From contig NC_081370.1 in the NCBI RefSeq assembly GCF_030684315.1, positions 34,428,728-34,492,727 on the forward strand: a stretch of DNA of 64,000 bases, read 5' to 3'. Every line of letters begins with the position of its first letter. The stretch's first letter is position 1. Positions 53,001 to 63,200 of the stretch are shown here, piece after piece. The DNA comes from Stegostoma tigrinum. Lineage: Eukaryota. The notes beneath the pieces were generated by a model. It saw nothing but the letters and a program-made list of their open reading frames with translations. It did not search any database and was not told where the DNA came from. The position numbers were made by a program, and so were the translations under genes.

Positions 53001-56000
53001 GAGTCCCTGGCTGTGCACTCAGATCAGCTTTCTTGAGGATGAACCCTCAGAAAGTGACTGACTGGGATAGAGTCCCTGGCTGTGCACTCAGATCAGCTTT
53101 CTTGAGGATGAACCCTCAGAAAGTGACTGACTGGGATAGAGTCCCTGGCTGTGCACTCAGATCAGCTTTCTTGAGGATGAACCCTCAGAAAGTGACTGAC
53201 TGGGATAGAGTCCCTGGCTGTGCACTCAGATCAGCTTTCTTGAGGATGAACCCTCAGAAAGTGACTGACTGGGATAGAGTCCCTGGCTGTGCACTCAGAT
53301 CAGCTTTCTTGAGGATGAACCCTCAGAAAGTGACTGACTGGGATAGAGTCCCTGGCTGTGCACTCAGATCAGCTTTCTTGAGGATGAACCCTCAGAAAGT
53401 GACTGACTGGGATAGAGTCCCTGGCTGTGCACTCAGATCAGCTTTCTTGAGGATGAACCCTCAGAAAGTGACTGACTGGGATAGAGTCCCTGGCTGTGCA
53501 CTCAGATCAGCTTTCTTGAGGATGAACCCTCAGAAAGTGACTGACTGGGATAGAGTCCCTGGCTGTGCACTCAGATCAGCTTTCTTGAGGATGAACCCTC
53601 AGAAAGTGACTGACTGGGATAGAGTCCCTGGCTGTGCACTCAGATCAGCTTTCTTGAGGATGAACCCTCAGAAAGTGACTGACTGGGATAGAGTCCCTGG
53701 CTGTGCACTCAGATCAGCTTTCTTGAGGATGAACCCTCAGAAAGTGACTGACTGGGATAGAGTCCCTGGCTGTGCACTCAGATCAGCTTTCTTGAGGATG
53801 AACCCTCAGAAAGTGACTGACTGGGATAGAGTCCCTGGCTGTGCACTCAGATCAGCTTTCTTGAGGATGAACCCTCAGAAAGTGACTGACTGGGATAGAG
53901 TCCCTGGCTGTGCACTCAGATCAGCTTTCTTGAGGATGAACCCTCAGAAAGTGACTGACTGGGATAGAGTCCCTGGCTGTGCACTCAGATCAGCTTTCTT
54001 GAGGATGAACCCTCAGAAAGTGACTGACTGGGATAGAGTCCCTGGCTGTGCACTCAGATCCCGTGCAGATCAGCTGGTGAGAGTATTTGCAGATACCTTT
54101 AACCTCTCCTTACTATGAGACAAGGCTCGCACTTGCTTCAAGAACACCACTATCCTCCTGGTACTACAGAAAAATCTGGCAGCGTGCCTTAATGACCAGT
54201 GCCTCAAACAGCCGTCATTATGAAGTGCTTCGAGAGGTCAGTAACGACATACACCGACTCCCAGACCACCTTGATCTGATACAAATTGCCTACTGTCACT
54301 GTAGGTCCACAGCAGACACCATCTCCCTGACCCTATGCTCTGTCCCTGGAACATCTAGATAACAAGGACACCTATGTCAGACTACTATTTATTGACTTTA
54401 GCCATGTTTTCAGCACCATAATTCCAACTAAACTCATCTCTAGAACACTGCAACTCCTCTACAGTTGGATCCTCGACGTCCTGACCTACAGTCTGCAGTC
54501 AGTAAGTACAGGCAATAACATCTCCCCATGAGAATCCTCAACACCAGTGCCCCACAAGGCTGCAAACTCAGCCCCTTACTATACTCCTTATACATTCATG
54601 ACTGTGGCCAAATTTTGCTCTAACGCCACTTACAAATTTGCTGATGATACTGCCGTCATGAGTTAGATCTCAAATGACAAGACAGAGTACAGAAAGGAGA
54701 CACACAACTTAGTGGCATGGTGTCAAGAATATAATCTCTCCCTTGATGTCAGCAAAATGAAGGAGCACCAACAAGCTGCTGTGGTCCATCCACGTTGATG
54801 CTACAGTCAATAAAGCGCATCAATGTCTTTACTTCCTCAGAAGGCTAAGGAAGTTCAGCATGCCCACAGTTATTCTTACCCATTTTTATAGATGCGCCAT
54901 AGAAAGCATCCTGTCCGATGCATTACAGCTTGGTATAGAAACTACTCTTCCCAAGACTGCAAGAAATTAGAGAGTTGTGAACACGGGCTAGTCCATCAGG
55001 AAAACCAGCCTTCCTTTCACTGACTCCACCTACACATACTGCTGCTCTGGGAAAGCAGCCAATGTAATCAAACACCCCTCCCATTCTGGGTATATTCTCT
55101 TTCACCTTCTTCCATTGGGCAGAACATATATTAAGTTTGAAAACACATACTGACACATTTAAGAACAGCTTCTTCCCCGTTATTAGATTTATGAATGGAC
55201 TTCTCATATATTGGAGTTGATCTTTCTCTGCACCTTCTCTGTAGCTGTAATACTATATTTTGCAATCTGTTCTACTGCACTGGTAAATTTATTTAAGGTA
55301 TGTTTTGTTCGGTTAGCAGATACAATAATACTTTCCACTGTGTCTTTATACATGTGACAACAATAAATCAAATCAGATTAATGAATCCTCCCCATAAATA
55401 ACAGCAAATGACCAGCAGCCAGAAACTCTACAGGATCAGCCACATAAATGTCATAGCCAGTAAGCACATCAGACATTGGACGTGCAGTTGAGTACTCCAG
55501 TCATTTCTCAGAGCTTCTCCACGACCTAGAAGTTATCTGTCAGCATTGTGAGGATGAATACCATCCACGTCTGTATTAGTGATGCTGTAGCAAAACTAAA
55601 GAATCTCCAAGCTAAAACAGGCTACTAGTCTGGTACCCTGTGCAGCAGAACTGTTAACTAACTCTAGTTCATCTCTGGTGTACTGTAGTTGCAGTATGAT
55701 ATGTACAAGAAGCACTACAAAAGTTGCCAAGGCCTGTCTTTGCAACCCTGTGATTGCCCAGCACTTAGAAGGACAGGACAGGGTGTACATAGACTGCACT
55801 GTCACTTTTCTTTCTTTTGGCTATTTAATGCCATTCCTTCATTATAACTAGATAAAATCCTAAATTCCTTACTTAACAAAACAAAGGAAACCTACATGCT
55901 GCAGCTTGTCACTAGTGGATGGTTAAAAAAGGTGAGTCACAAATGATCGTCTTGTCAGAAATATCCATCATCTGCAAGGTTGAAATCAAGAAAGTTTATT

Positions 56001-58240
56001 GGCAGGGAGGAGTGACCTACTTTTGGCTTTGTGGATCTGTTAAATCTTTCATTTTCTCTCTGCATATAGGCTCACCCAAATTTTCAGTGTTCGTGATGGA
56101 GCCGGAGAACCCTTCGTATGGAAAGGACTTATCTGTGTCCTGTTCAGTTTCTGGAATTTCCCATCCAAATGTGACAGTTGAATGGTATAAAGCGTCTCAG
56201 TTAATTCACAATGGAGTCACAAAAACAAAGCCTATACTTACCTCAGAAAACACTTACAAGGTAGATGCTCGTCTGAAATTTTTTGTGACTGCAGAAGACT
56301 TTGAAGGAGAATTATTCCTTCAGTATAAAGACAATGATAAAGGTGATACGTTTAAACGAGATATTCACCTGCCCCTCCAAGGTGAGTGGATCTTGTGCCC
56401 TGATGTTTACATATGTTTAGAACATCCTAATTTGGTTAATAATTTCTGTAAAAACAAAAGACACTGCATCAAAGACACTGCTCTCTATCTTACCAAGTAG
56501 TGAACGAACAGGTTAATAAAGTGTGAAGCTGGATGAACACAGCAGGCCAAGTAGCATCTCAGGAGCACAAAAGCTGACGTTTCGGGCCTAGACCCTTCAT
56601 CAGAGAGGGGGATGGGGAGTGTCCCCGCCTCCCTAACCTGTTCTTCCTTTCACCTATCCCTTCCTCCCACCTCAAGCCGCACCTCCATTTCCTACCTACT
56701 AACTTTATCCCGCCTCCTTGACCTGTCCGTCTTCCCTGGACTGACCTATCCCCTCCCTACCTCCCCACCTATACTCTCCTCTCCACCTATCTTCTTTTCT
56801 CCATCTTCGGTCCGCCTCCCCCTCGCTCCCTATTTATTCCAGAACCCTCTCCCCATCCCCCTCTCTGATGAAGGGTCTAGGCCCGAAACGTCAGCTTTTG
56901 TGCTCCTGAGATGCTGCTTGGCCTGCTGTGTTCATCCAGCTCCACACTTTGTTATCTTGGATTCTCCAGCATCTGCAGTTCCCATTATCACAGCAAACGG
57001 AGAGCCTGTTCAATTGAACAGATTGAAGGACTGTCACCAGCGCATGCTGACAGCAAAGTGCAAGTTTTATTTAAAAAAGGAAATATAATTCGAATAAATC
57101 ATACAAGAAATACAAACAAAGGTTTAGGCAGAAATAAAGGATTAACATAAAAGATGTGAAGATAGAAAACTGGTTTCAAAAAAAAATCTGCACTACTAAT
57201 TTTATTTTGAGAAAAATGAAACTCCGAACTTGTAAAATTATCAGTGTCAGATATAATACTGAGTGGTGACTACCACTTTGTATATTATTCAGTAATTCCT
57301 GATTAAAAATGGATGAAAATGTTGGCTTGTGAGAAGTTTTTTATACATTCATTGGATGTGGGTGCCAATGCATCTGTTAACCCATCTGTAATTGCCCAGC
57401 AGCCAGTTGAGAGTTAACCACGCTGCTGTGGGTCTGGAGTCACATGTAGGCTGGACTGGGTAAGGTAGGGATGACAGAAGGAGGAAAGAATGGTGGATAA
57501 TTAGCTCAGCATATGGGATGACAGTGATTTATGTGCAGATTAGCAAAGATTACACCAGTGCAGTCTGTGGAGGGGTGCCAGCATCTTCCAGATTTCCCTA
57601 TTAGACATGCGTGGACATCAGGAATTGCTGACATTTTATGTGTGACAGTGAGCAACAACATCCTTACTTATTATTACAACATAAGCTATTGTTTGAAGAC
57701 AGAGGCATTTGCTTTATCAGATCAATGGAAGTTGCTTAGTACGAGTTGAAACTAGCTTTTCTATATACTTGGATTGTAAACATATGATACTACTTAACAT
57801 AACTATTTAACTTGAGCAGTTACTAAAAAATCATTTAAGACTTTAATAACATAAATATAAATTTATTTAAATGGTCTCTGGTTACAGTTGGAATCTTTGA
57901 AAACTTACATTTTGTTTTGGCATTTCTCATAGCTGTGACTCCTGAAGTGTCAGAAATAGAATGTCAACCTGCTTATCCCAGAAAGGGTGAAAGGGCTATT
58001 CTTTATTGCAAGATCGACCATTTTTGTCCCGTGGATATACTGGTTGTTTGGAGCAAGGGATGGACAGAATGCAAGGATGAGAAAAACACAGAAACGCCCA
58101 AAATCAATGAGAAGGGGCTTTACTCTACAGTGACACATTTGCCTATTGACGTAGTTGAAGGCAGAACAGAGTACATTTGCGAAGTTCGGCACCTTAAAAC
58201 TAATGATATCGTAGAGAAGACATACGTTCTGCACGTTTAG
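22991..58240 (+). CDS. NCR3LG1: Gene B, spliced: B7-H6/NCR3LG1-like type I membrane protein with six post-TM C1-set Ig domains, 969 aa; join(22991..23063,30414..30767,32777..33103,35850..35966,40868..41287,47327..47689,48440..48748,49900..50226,56070..56381,57933..58240)
   Basis: All nine introns are GT-AG and phase 1. The CDS totals 2910 nt with no internal stop. V and C1 motifs resemble human B7-H6 as recalled (G.ASL..AGEYRCEV..P.KA.GTV.LEV; PTIKNMDGTFNVTS..ED.G..Y.C.V.H.S). The symbol denotes likeness; orthology is unproven. Confidence 0.75.
23753..25063. mobile_element. Fold-back Penelope-like element in gene B intron 1 (- arm to about 24597, + arm after)
   Basis: GIY-YIG C-terminal coding remnant on the - strand, complete 3' ends at both extremities, internal ~40-bp G-rich tandem units. 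Confidence 0.88.
26080..26965 (-). mobile_element. CR1 fragment containing a mini fold-back PLE (26522-26755)
   Basis: Inverted CR1 3' region; 11-bp TSD cttcttcacta at 26511-26521 and 26756-26766. Confidence 0.75.
27199..27383. mobile_element. Mini fold-back PLE with 13-bp TSD
   Basis: TSD agttcattatgta at 27186-27198 and 27384-27396; inverted arms agataacaag..gaaagctgacgttt / aaacgtcagctttc..cttgttatct. Confidence 0.82.
27535..29685 (+). mobile_element. CR1 LINE interrupted by a PLE 3' portion (about 27704-28615)
   Basis: [16 protein letters not shown] before the insert and VPQGSVLG after it; the insert encodes a GIY-YIG motif (LYIGETK). Confidence 0.85.
30414..30767 (+). CDS. Gene B exon 2: V-set Ig domain (B7 family)
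   Basis: Branch point cactaac, acceptor tctcag|AA, donor ATAG|gtaaaa; 354 nt. [37 protein letters not shown]. Confidence 0.92.
32133..32455 (+). mobile_element. HE1-type tRNA-derived SINE, well preserved
   Basis: A box TGGCACAGTGG, B box GGTTCAATTCC, CR1-derived 3' end aagggcctgtttccacactgtaggga, (taatc)n tail. Confidence 0.9.
32777..33103 (+). CDS. Gene B exon 3: extracellular C1-set Ig domain (B7-H6/tapasin type)
   Basis: Acceptor tttggtag|CA, donor AAAG|gtgagt; 327 nt. [38 protein letters not shown]. Confidence 0.92.
33890..34560. mobile_element. Fold-back PLE of the same family as 14851-15055
   Basis: Inverted arms gttgacttgctcgccgagctggtaagtttg / caaacttaccagctcggtgagcaagttgacaac; endonuclease-end remnant (HAQEFLEA); degenerate hammerhead near 34455-34495. 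Confidence 0.75.
35850..35966 (+). CDS. Gene B exon 4: transmembrane helix
   Basis: Acceptor ttttcttttgcag|AA, donor AAAG|gtaaag; 117 nt, phase 1-1. [39 protein letters not shown]: about 25 uncharged residues followed by aromatic and basic residues. Confidence 0.88.
37464..39320 (+). CDS. PLE reverse transcriptase plus GIY-YIG endonuclease, 5'-truncated, no internal stops
   Basis: [27 protein letters not shown], CxxC motifs, [25 protein letters not shown]. Confidence 0.85.
   Translation: MVQELPTYVRDTTHALHLLQDFQFPGPQHLIFTMDVQSLYTCIPHGDGLKALRFFLSRRPDQAPSTDTLIRLAELVLTLNNFSFDSSHFLQTKGVAMGTRMGPSYACLFVGYVEQSIFRTYTGPKPHLFLRYIDDCIGAASCSPEELEQFIHFTNTFHPNLQFTWAISSTSLTFLDLSVSISGNQLVTDVHFKPTDSHSYLEYTSSHPPSCKNSIPYSQFLRLRRICSHDKTFHSRTSQMSKFFKDRNFPPTVIENALDRVSRISRDTSLTPRPRHNRPKRIPLVLTHHPTNLRIQRIILRHFRHLQSDPTTQDIFPSPPLSVFRRDHSLRDSLVRSTLPSNPTTPGTFPCNRRKCYTCPHTSSLTPIPGPKMTFHIKQRFTCTSANVIYCIHCTRCGFLYIGETKRRLGDRFAEHLRSVRNKQLHLPVANHFHSPSHSLDDMSIMGLLHCHNDATRRLQEQQLIFRLGTLQPYGINVDFTSFKISPSPTASLNQPSSSPPPTAPHNQPSSSPPTHCIPKPIQPVSASLTGSSSHPSLPPTPSRTPSYLLTSSHLLDLSVFPGLTYPLPTSPPTPSPPIFFTLHLRSASPSLPIYSSSLPPSPSLMKGPGPKRQLLCS
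39274..39305 (+). ncRNA. Minimal hammerhead ribozyme motif of the PLE 3' repeat (representative copy)
   Basis: CU CUGAUGA A GGGU ccag GCCC GAAAC GUC AG; related copies near 2955, 24934, 28522, 56865, 63564 (+) and 23852, 36102, 56574 (-). Confidence 0.65.
40868..41287 (+). CDS. Gene B exon 5: post-TM C1-set domain 1, with a long charged insertion
   Basis: Acceptor ttcctag|TT, donor GGAA|gtaagt; 420 nt. [32 protein letters not shown]. Confidence 0.9.
41906..43494 (+). mobile_element. Young 5'-truncated CR1 LINE with a 495-aa open RT frame
   Basis: [42 protein letters not shown] (catalytic DD altered); (ttctatg)n tail. Confidence 0.92.
44205..44490 (+). mobile_element. 3' fragment of a Rex1/Babar-like LINE
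   Basis: Matches about 55045-55375; ends gtgacaataataaatcaaatcaaat. Confidence 0.7.
44968..45328 (+). mobile_element. HE1-type SINE
   Basis: Homologous to 32133-32455; inserted into the old CR1. Confidence 0.85.
47327..47689 (+). CDS. Gene B exon 6: post-TM C1-set domain 2
   Basis: Acceptor ccctcttcag|TT, donor AAAG|gtaaca; 363 nt. [24 protein letters not shown]. Confidence 0.9.
48440..48748 (+). CDS. Gene B exon 7: post-TM C1-set domain 3
   Basis: Acceptor attttccag|CT, donor TTAG|gtgagt; 309 nt. [27 protein letters not shown]. Confidence 0.92.
49900..50226 (+). CDS. Gene B exon 8: post-TM C1-set domain 4 (F-strand Cys replaced by Val)
   Basis: Acceptor gattttag|TG, donor AAAG|gtgagt; 327 nt. 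[27 protein letters not shown]. Confidence 0.9.
50260..51600 (-). mobile_element. Degraded CR1 LINE
   Basis: Inverted CR1 3' tail at 50260-50400 and inverted RT remnants (tatccctgtggcacaccact). Confidence 0.7.
51785..52105 (+). mobile_element. HE1-type SINE, degenerate
   Basis: gtggttagcactgccgcctcacagcaccaggg.. head and CR1-like tail. Confidence 0.75.
52290..55378 (+). mobile_element. Degraded Rex1/Babar-like LINE
   Basis: [26 protein letters not shown] and KFADDT remnants with frameshifts; tail catgtgacaacaataaatcaaatca. Clade assignment is from recalled motifs. Confidence 0.7.
52538..54055 (+). repeat. Perfect tandem array of 22 x 69 bp
   Basis: Unit agatcagctttcttgaggatgaaccctcagaaagtgactgactgggatagagtccctggctgtgcactc; 1518 = 22 x 69; bounded by microhomology tcagatc. 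Confidence 0.97.
56070..56381 (+). CDS. Gene B exon 9: post-TM C1-like domain 5 (F-strand Cys replaced by Leu)
   Basis: Acceptor tgcatatag|GC, donor CAAG|gtgagt; 312 nt. [32 protein letters not shown]. Confidence 0.88.
56515..56990. mobile_element. Fold-back PLE 3' end in gene B intron 9
   Basis: 56515-56619 is the reverse complement of about 56848-56953. Confidence 0.85.
57933..58240 (+). CDS. Gene B exon 10: post-TM C1-set domain 6 and stop codon
   Basis: Acceptor tttctcatag|[42 protein letters not shown]. Confidence 0.9.
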
Positions 58241-60265
58241 GTATGTTCTGCATTATCAGTGCTCTTTAATAATTTAATTTAAATACTGGCAAATTTTGAA
58301 CAATTGAACACGATAAATCCAACTAACGGATATTGAGAGCAGTGCTCTCTGTCAAGCTGCCTTAGCTCATTGAGATATTCTTTGGTTTAAAAGCACTATA
58401 TAAACTTGAGATTCTACCATTTTGATCATCAACCAACATAAAAATCTAAAGTACAAAAGTACACAATAATTAACAGATGCAACAGATTTTTTTCTCCAAT
58501 TTGTACGTCATGGCAACAAATGCATTTAAAAAACAAATTGCAATTTGAAGACAGAATTGTGGTACAACCCATGCTCTGTGGAAACTATTTGAGATTTATA
58601 GGCAAACCTTCTCTGGGTTGCACTCTTACGTCTAAAACTTAAATAATGTGGCACCATGTTTTTAAAGGAAGTGCACAATCTCAGGATAACAAACCCTCAG
58701 AAGTGCTATTATGATTAGCATTTTGTTGTAAATTGCACTTAACCGTAATAATAAACACTCTGGTGTGTGTTTTCAGATCGAGTCCCTAAACTCTTAAGAT
58801 CTTAAGAGATTGTGATTTGATATTAACAGATAAATACTTGCCTCCCCAAGTATTTCCATCTTACTGTCACAAAAGTGGTGTTTTACTGGTACTTTGCATT
58901 TGTGATTTAAATGCCTCTTCTGACAATTAAATGGACAACTAAATGAGGAACGTTAAATAAGCAGAAAATGTACGTGCAAACTTACAAAGTCTGTCTATTT
59001 GGAAGAATATGTTGGCATCTGGGGTTCAACCTGGGTATAGAAAATAAAGAAAAGTTCTGATGCACTTGTGGTGGGTTACTTTTCTTTACACCATTCTGAA
59101 TAAGTGAAACCTGAACCTGACAAAGAATCCTATTCTCTGAAATTTGGATTTAAATTTTGTTTCTTCTTTGAACTCCTAGGAGCAAAAGCAGACCAACCGA
59201 CTAGATTAGCTGTCTGTAATTCAATAACATTATGATAGATCTATGTCCTAGCTCCATCTACCCAGCTGCCATTGCTGCAAATATTGTAACTGAAGCAGTG
59301 TGCCGCCAGGAGGCAGTAGAGTTTAGTAAACATAACGGAAATATGAATAGAATAGTAATTTGTTTATTTTAAGCACTTGGATATTATTGTGTATATGCAA
59401 CTCTGGTTTCATTAGGGTTTTCAAAAATTAAGGGAAGGCAAATTACTGCACATAAAACAAAGACAGAATGTTGGAGAAACTCAGCAGGTCTGGCAGCATC
59501 TTTGGAGAGAGAAGTACAGTTTAACCTTCCATGTCTGCTCTGATTCTTTCAGAACTAAAATATTGTTGGAAATTGTTTGTTTGTTTTGTATACTTTTGAT
59601 AGAAGCAGAGGCCCGGCGTGAAAGGAAGAGTTATTAGTAGGGCATAAAGAGATGTGAAATGGGTGTAAGACAACAAGTGAAAGAGTACATCTTAGTTCAA
59701 AGCAATCTTAAATCAAATTCTTTCTCCACCATTAACAACCCCTTTATCCTTTGCTGCTTTGTAAAAGGGATTTTTTTAATATATATATATATATATATAA
59801 ACGTCCCAATAGCAAACAATTGTGAAGGGAAAATTGAGTAAGAAAATAATATTTGGAATAGATGATTCTAAGTATTATCCAAATTTTGGGATTAATTTTG
59901 CGGACAATCTCATGCTTCTGTTATTTTTATTTTACTTTCAGCATGATTATTGCAGCATGATTTTGTTTTTGTTACTATTCAAGTTGAAAAGCTCGCTCAA
60001 TTTTTTTTTAAGGGTATGTACAAAACGCTAACCTTTATCAATTTTATTTTTCTAGAATTTCTACCCTACACAAACATCTAACTGGAGGGTATTCTGTTTC
60101 ATGAAATGGACTGTACTTTAAATAAAGTTGTGCATTATTAAGAATGGAATCGTTATTGAAGTAAATGAATACTAATTAGCATCTGTTAAACCATACCTCA
60201 ACAGGAATTCTATAACTATCATGTTCAGGTGTAAACTGTGAAATTGAATTAAAAATTTGATATTT

Positions 60266-63200
60266 TGTCTCTGAAGGAAACATCCCATAGAAGCTTCTTT
60301 TGGAGATGCCTGCCTCGAAGAAGTTTCCCTCCTCCCTCCATGAAGACCTCAGCGGATCTCTCTCTCCCACTGCAACCCCCTTGTAATCTCTTCGGCCCTG
60401 AAACTGTACGACCACATACTGAAGCAAACCAGGTACTACAGCCACATTTCCCATCTCAGTACCTACCTATGGAACCGGGTCATCCCCAATGGACTACAGT
60501 CTGCATTTCAGGCCTTCCCAATTTGGCGCCAACTGCAACGACTGCTACGTACAGAACATTAAGATCCTCCGAAAGACAACATTCTCTGCGACCCCCTCAA
60601 ACACACACTTGCAGCAATGCATTGGCATCTCCTGGCCCTACAATCCAGCCTACCCCAGCTCAGAGCCTCCCTCTCCCAAACCAGCAAAGAACCTCAGCTG
60701 TTTTTCATTCTGCGCAGGATCCGCAACCTGAACTCATGATTCTGCTCTGCTTTATTGGACAATAGAAAAAACTGTAAGTACAGTAAACTTACTGGTGCCT
60801 GCCACACAACACAGGCCCCCTCCCCCCCCCCCCCCCCCCCCCCCAATCACCAACCCTACCCAGGACCTACCCCATAATGTACCCGCTGCCATTAGCCACT
60901 ATCAAGGCGCACACGGACTCCATGGATCACATCACATTCGCTGCTGCCGGGTACGCCACTTCCGGTACGGTGAATGCCGTCGACACCGCTGCTGATACCA
61001 CCACCACCGACATCGAAGACGCACCTGTCGATGCCGCTACCGCCGCCAACATCGAGGACTTACCTGCTGACGTCGCTCAGCCCACTGCCCCCAACGGCCA
61101 GCAGAGTATACACCAGTACCCAGCCCTGCTGGGTGTTCACCAGACCTCCCCATCACTGAGGACGGACGGTCATTCCTCAGTAAATGACTCACCTTTATCC
61201 CCCGCCACCCTAACATCAGCGAATACCCTTCATGCCCGGATGTCAGACAGTTTCTCTGCCGCCTCCAACTTCGCACACACTTCTTTAATCATGAGCCTGA
61301 CCCTCCCTCTACTGACCCCTTCTCCCACCTCCAATGCACCCTACCTCCTGTTCACCGCCCTAAGGTCTCCTATCCTCCCTCAACCTCTTCATCTCAAACT
61401 GAATTCAGGACATCAATCACCTCAACCTCTCCACCCCTTCACCCACTCCAGCCTCTCCCCCACAGAATGCTCAGCCCTCTGCTCCCTCAGCTCCAATCCC
61501 AACCTCACCATAAAACCCACGGACGAGGGAGGCGCAGTTGTAGTATGGCGCACTGACCTCTATATCATCGAGACCAGGTGCCAACTCTCCGACACCACCT
61601 CCTACTGCCCCCTTGATCATGACCCCACCCCTGAGCACCAAACCATCCACGACATCATCACCTCAGGTGACCTCCCACCCACAGCCTCCATCCTCATTGC
61701 TCCCCAACCCCGCACCACCTGCTTCTATCACCTTCCCAAAATCCACAAACCCAATTGCCCTTGTCAACCTATTGTCTCCACCTGCTCCTGCCCTGCCCCA
61801 CCGAACTTATCTCCACCTATTTCGACTCCATTTTCTTCCCCTGGCCCCGGAACTCCCCACCTACGTCTGAGATACCACCCACGCTGCCCTCCTCCTCCGA
61901 AACTTCTGATTCCCTGGCTCATTGTCACCATGGACATCCAGTCCCTATACATCTGTATTCCCCATGCAGATGGCCTAAAAGACCTTTGCTGTTCCTCTCA
62001 CGCAGGCTGGATCAGTCCACCTCAACTGACACCCTTAACCACTTAGCCAAACCTGTCTTTACCCTTAACAACTTCTCCTTCAACTCCTCCCACTTTCTAC
62101 AGACAAAGGGGGTTGCCATTGGTACCCCCATGGGCCCAAGCTATGCCTGTCTCTTTGTAGGATATGTGGAACAATCCCTCTTCCGAAGCTACACTGGCCC
62201 TAAACCCCACCTCTTCCTCCATTATATCGATTGGCACCGCCTCGTGCTCCCCTTCGCCCACTTCACCAACACCTTCCACCCCAACCTTAAGTTCATCTGG
62301 ACCATCTCCAATGTGCCTCTCTCCTTCCTGGACTTCTCTGTCTCCATCTCTGGCAACCACCTGGAAACTGATATCTATTTCAAACCTACTAACTCCCACA
62401 GCTACCTAGAATACACCTCCTCTCACCCACCTTCCTGCAAGAATGCCATCCCCTATTCCCAATTCCTTCACCTCTGCAGCATCTGCTCCCGAGATGAGGC
62501 ATTCCACTCCCAGTCATCCCAGATGCCCTGGCTTTTCAAGGATGGCAACATTGCCCTCCACCGTGGTCGAAAATGCCCTCAAATGTATCTCTCGCGTTTT
62601 CCGCAACTCATCGCTCACATCCCCTCCCCGCCATAACAACAAAAACAGAATCCCCTTCGTCCTCACGTACCACCCCACCATCCTCAACATTTCATCATCC
62701 GCTACTTCCGCCACCTGTAATCTGCCATCACTACCAAGGACGTTTTTCCCTCCCAACCCTTATCTGCCTTCTGGAGGGCCTGCACTCTCTGTGCCTCCCT
62801 TGTCCGCTCCACACTCTCCACCACCCCCGGCACTTTTCCTTGCAACCATAGGAAGTGCTACACCTGTCCCTCACCCCCATCCCAGGCCCCAAGAAAACCT
62901 TCCACATTAAACAGATGTTGACCTGTACATCTGCTAATGTGGTATACTGTGTCCGCTGTTCTCGATGTGGCCTCCTCTACATCAGGGAAAGCAGGGCAGG
63001 CTTGGAGACTGCTTTGCAGAACACCTACGCTCGATTTGTGACAAACAACTGCATCTCCCAGTCGTGAACCACTGTAACTCACCGTCCCACTCCTTTGGAC
63101 AACATGTCCATCCTGGGTCTCCAGTGCCACAACGATGCCACCCGAAGGCTGTAGGAACAGCGTCTCATATTTCGCTTGGGAACCCTGCAGCCCAGAGTTC

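Noticed and set aside
52475-54118. 547-aa repetitive ORF / CRISPR-like appearance
   Set aside because: Head-to-tail identical units with no spacers, derived from LINE RT sequence in a vertebrate intron; the frame is open only because the unit is 69 bp.
30414-58240. Immunoglobulin heavy chain, IgNAR, IgW or TCR locus
   Set aside because: The V exon is complete with its own G strand and a splice donor. I see no RSS, D or J segments or WGxG/FGxG motif, and the TM exon lies before most of the C domains.
40828-58240. Post-TM exons as a separate secreted gene
   Set aside because: No leader exon or non-repeat CpG promoter is visible between 35966 and 40868, the phases match the TM exon donor, and several domains lack a disulfide cysteine. 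Not fully excluded without transcripts.
58226-58240. C-terminal class II PDZ-binding motif (VLHV; CLAF in gene A)
   Set aside because: The alternating hydrophobic pattern is explained by the Ig G strand, which would be buried in the fold.
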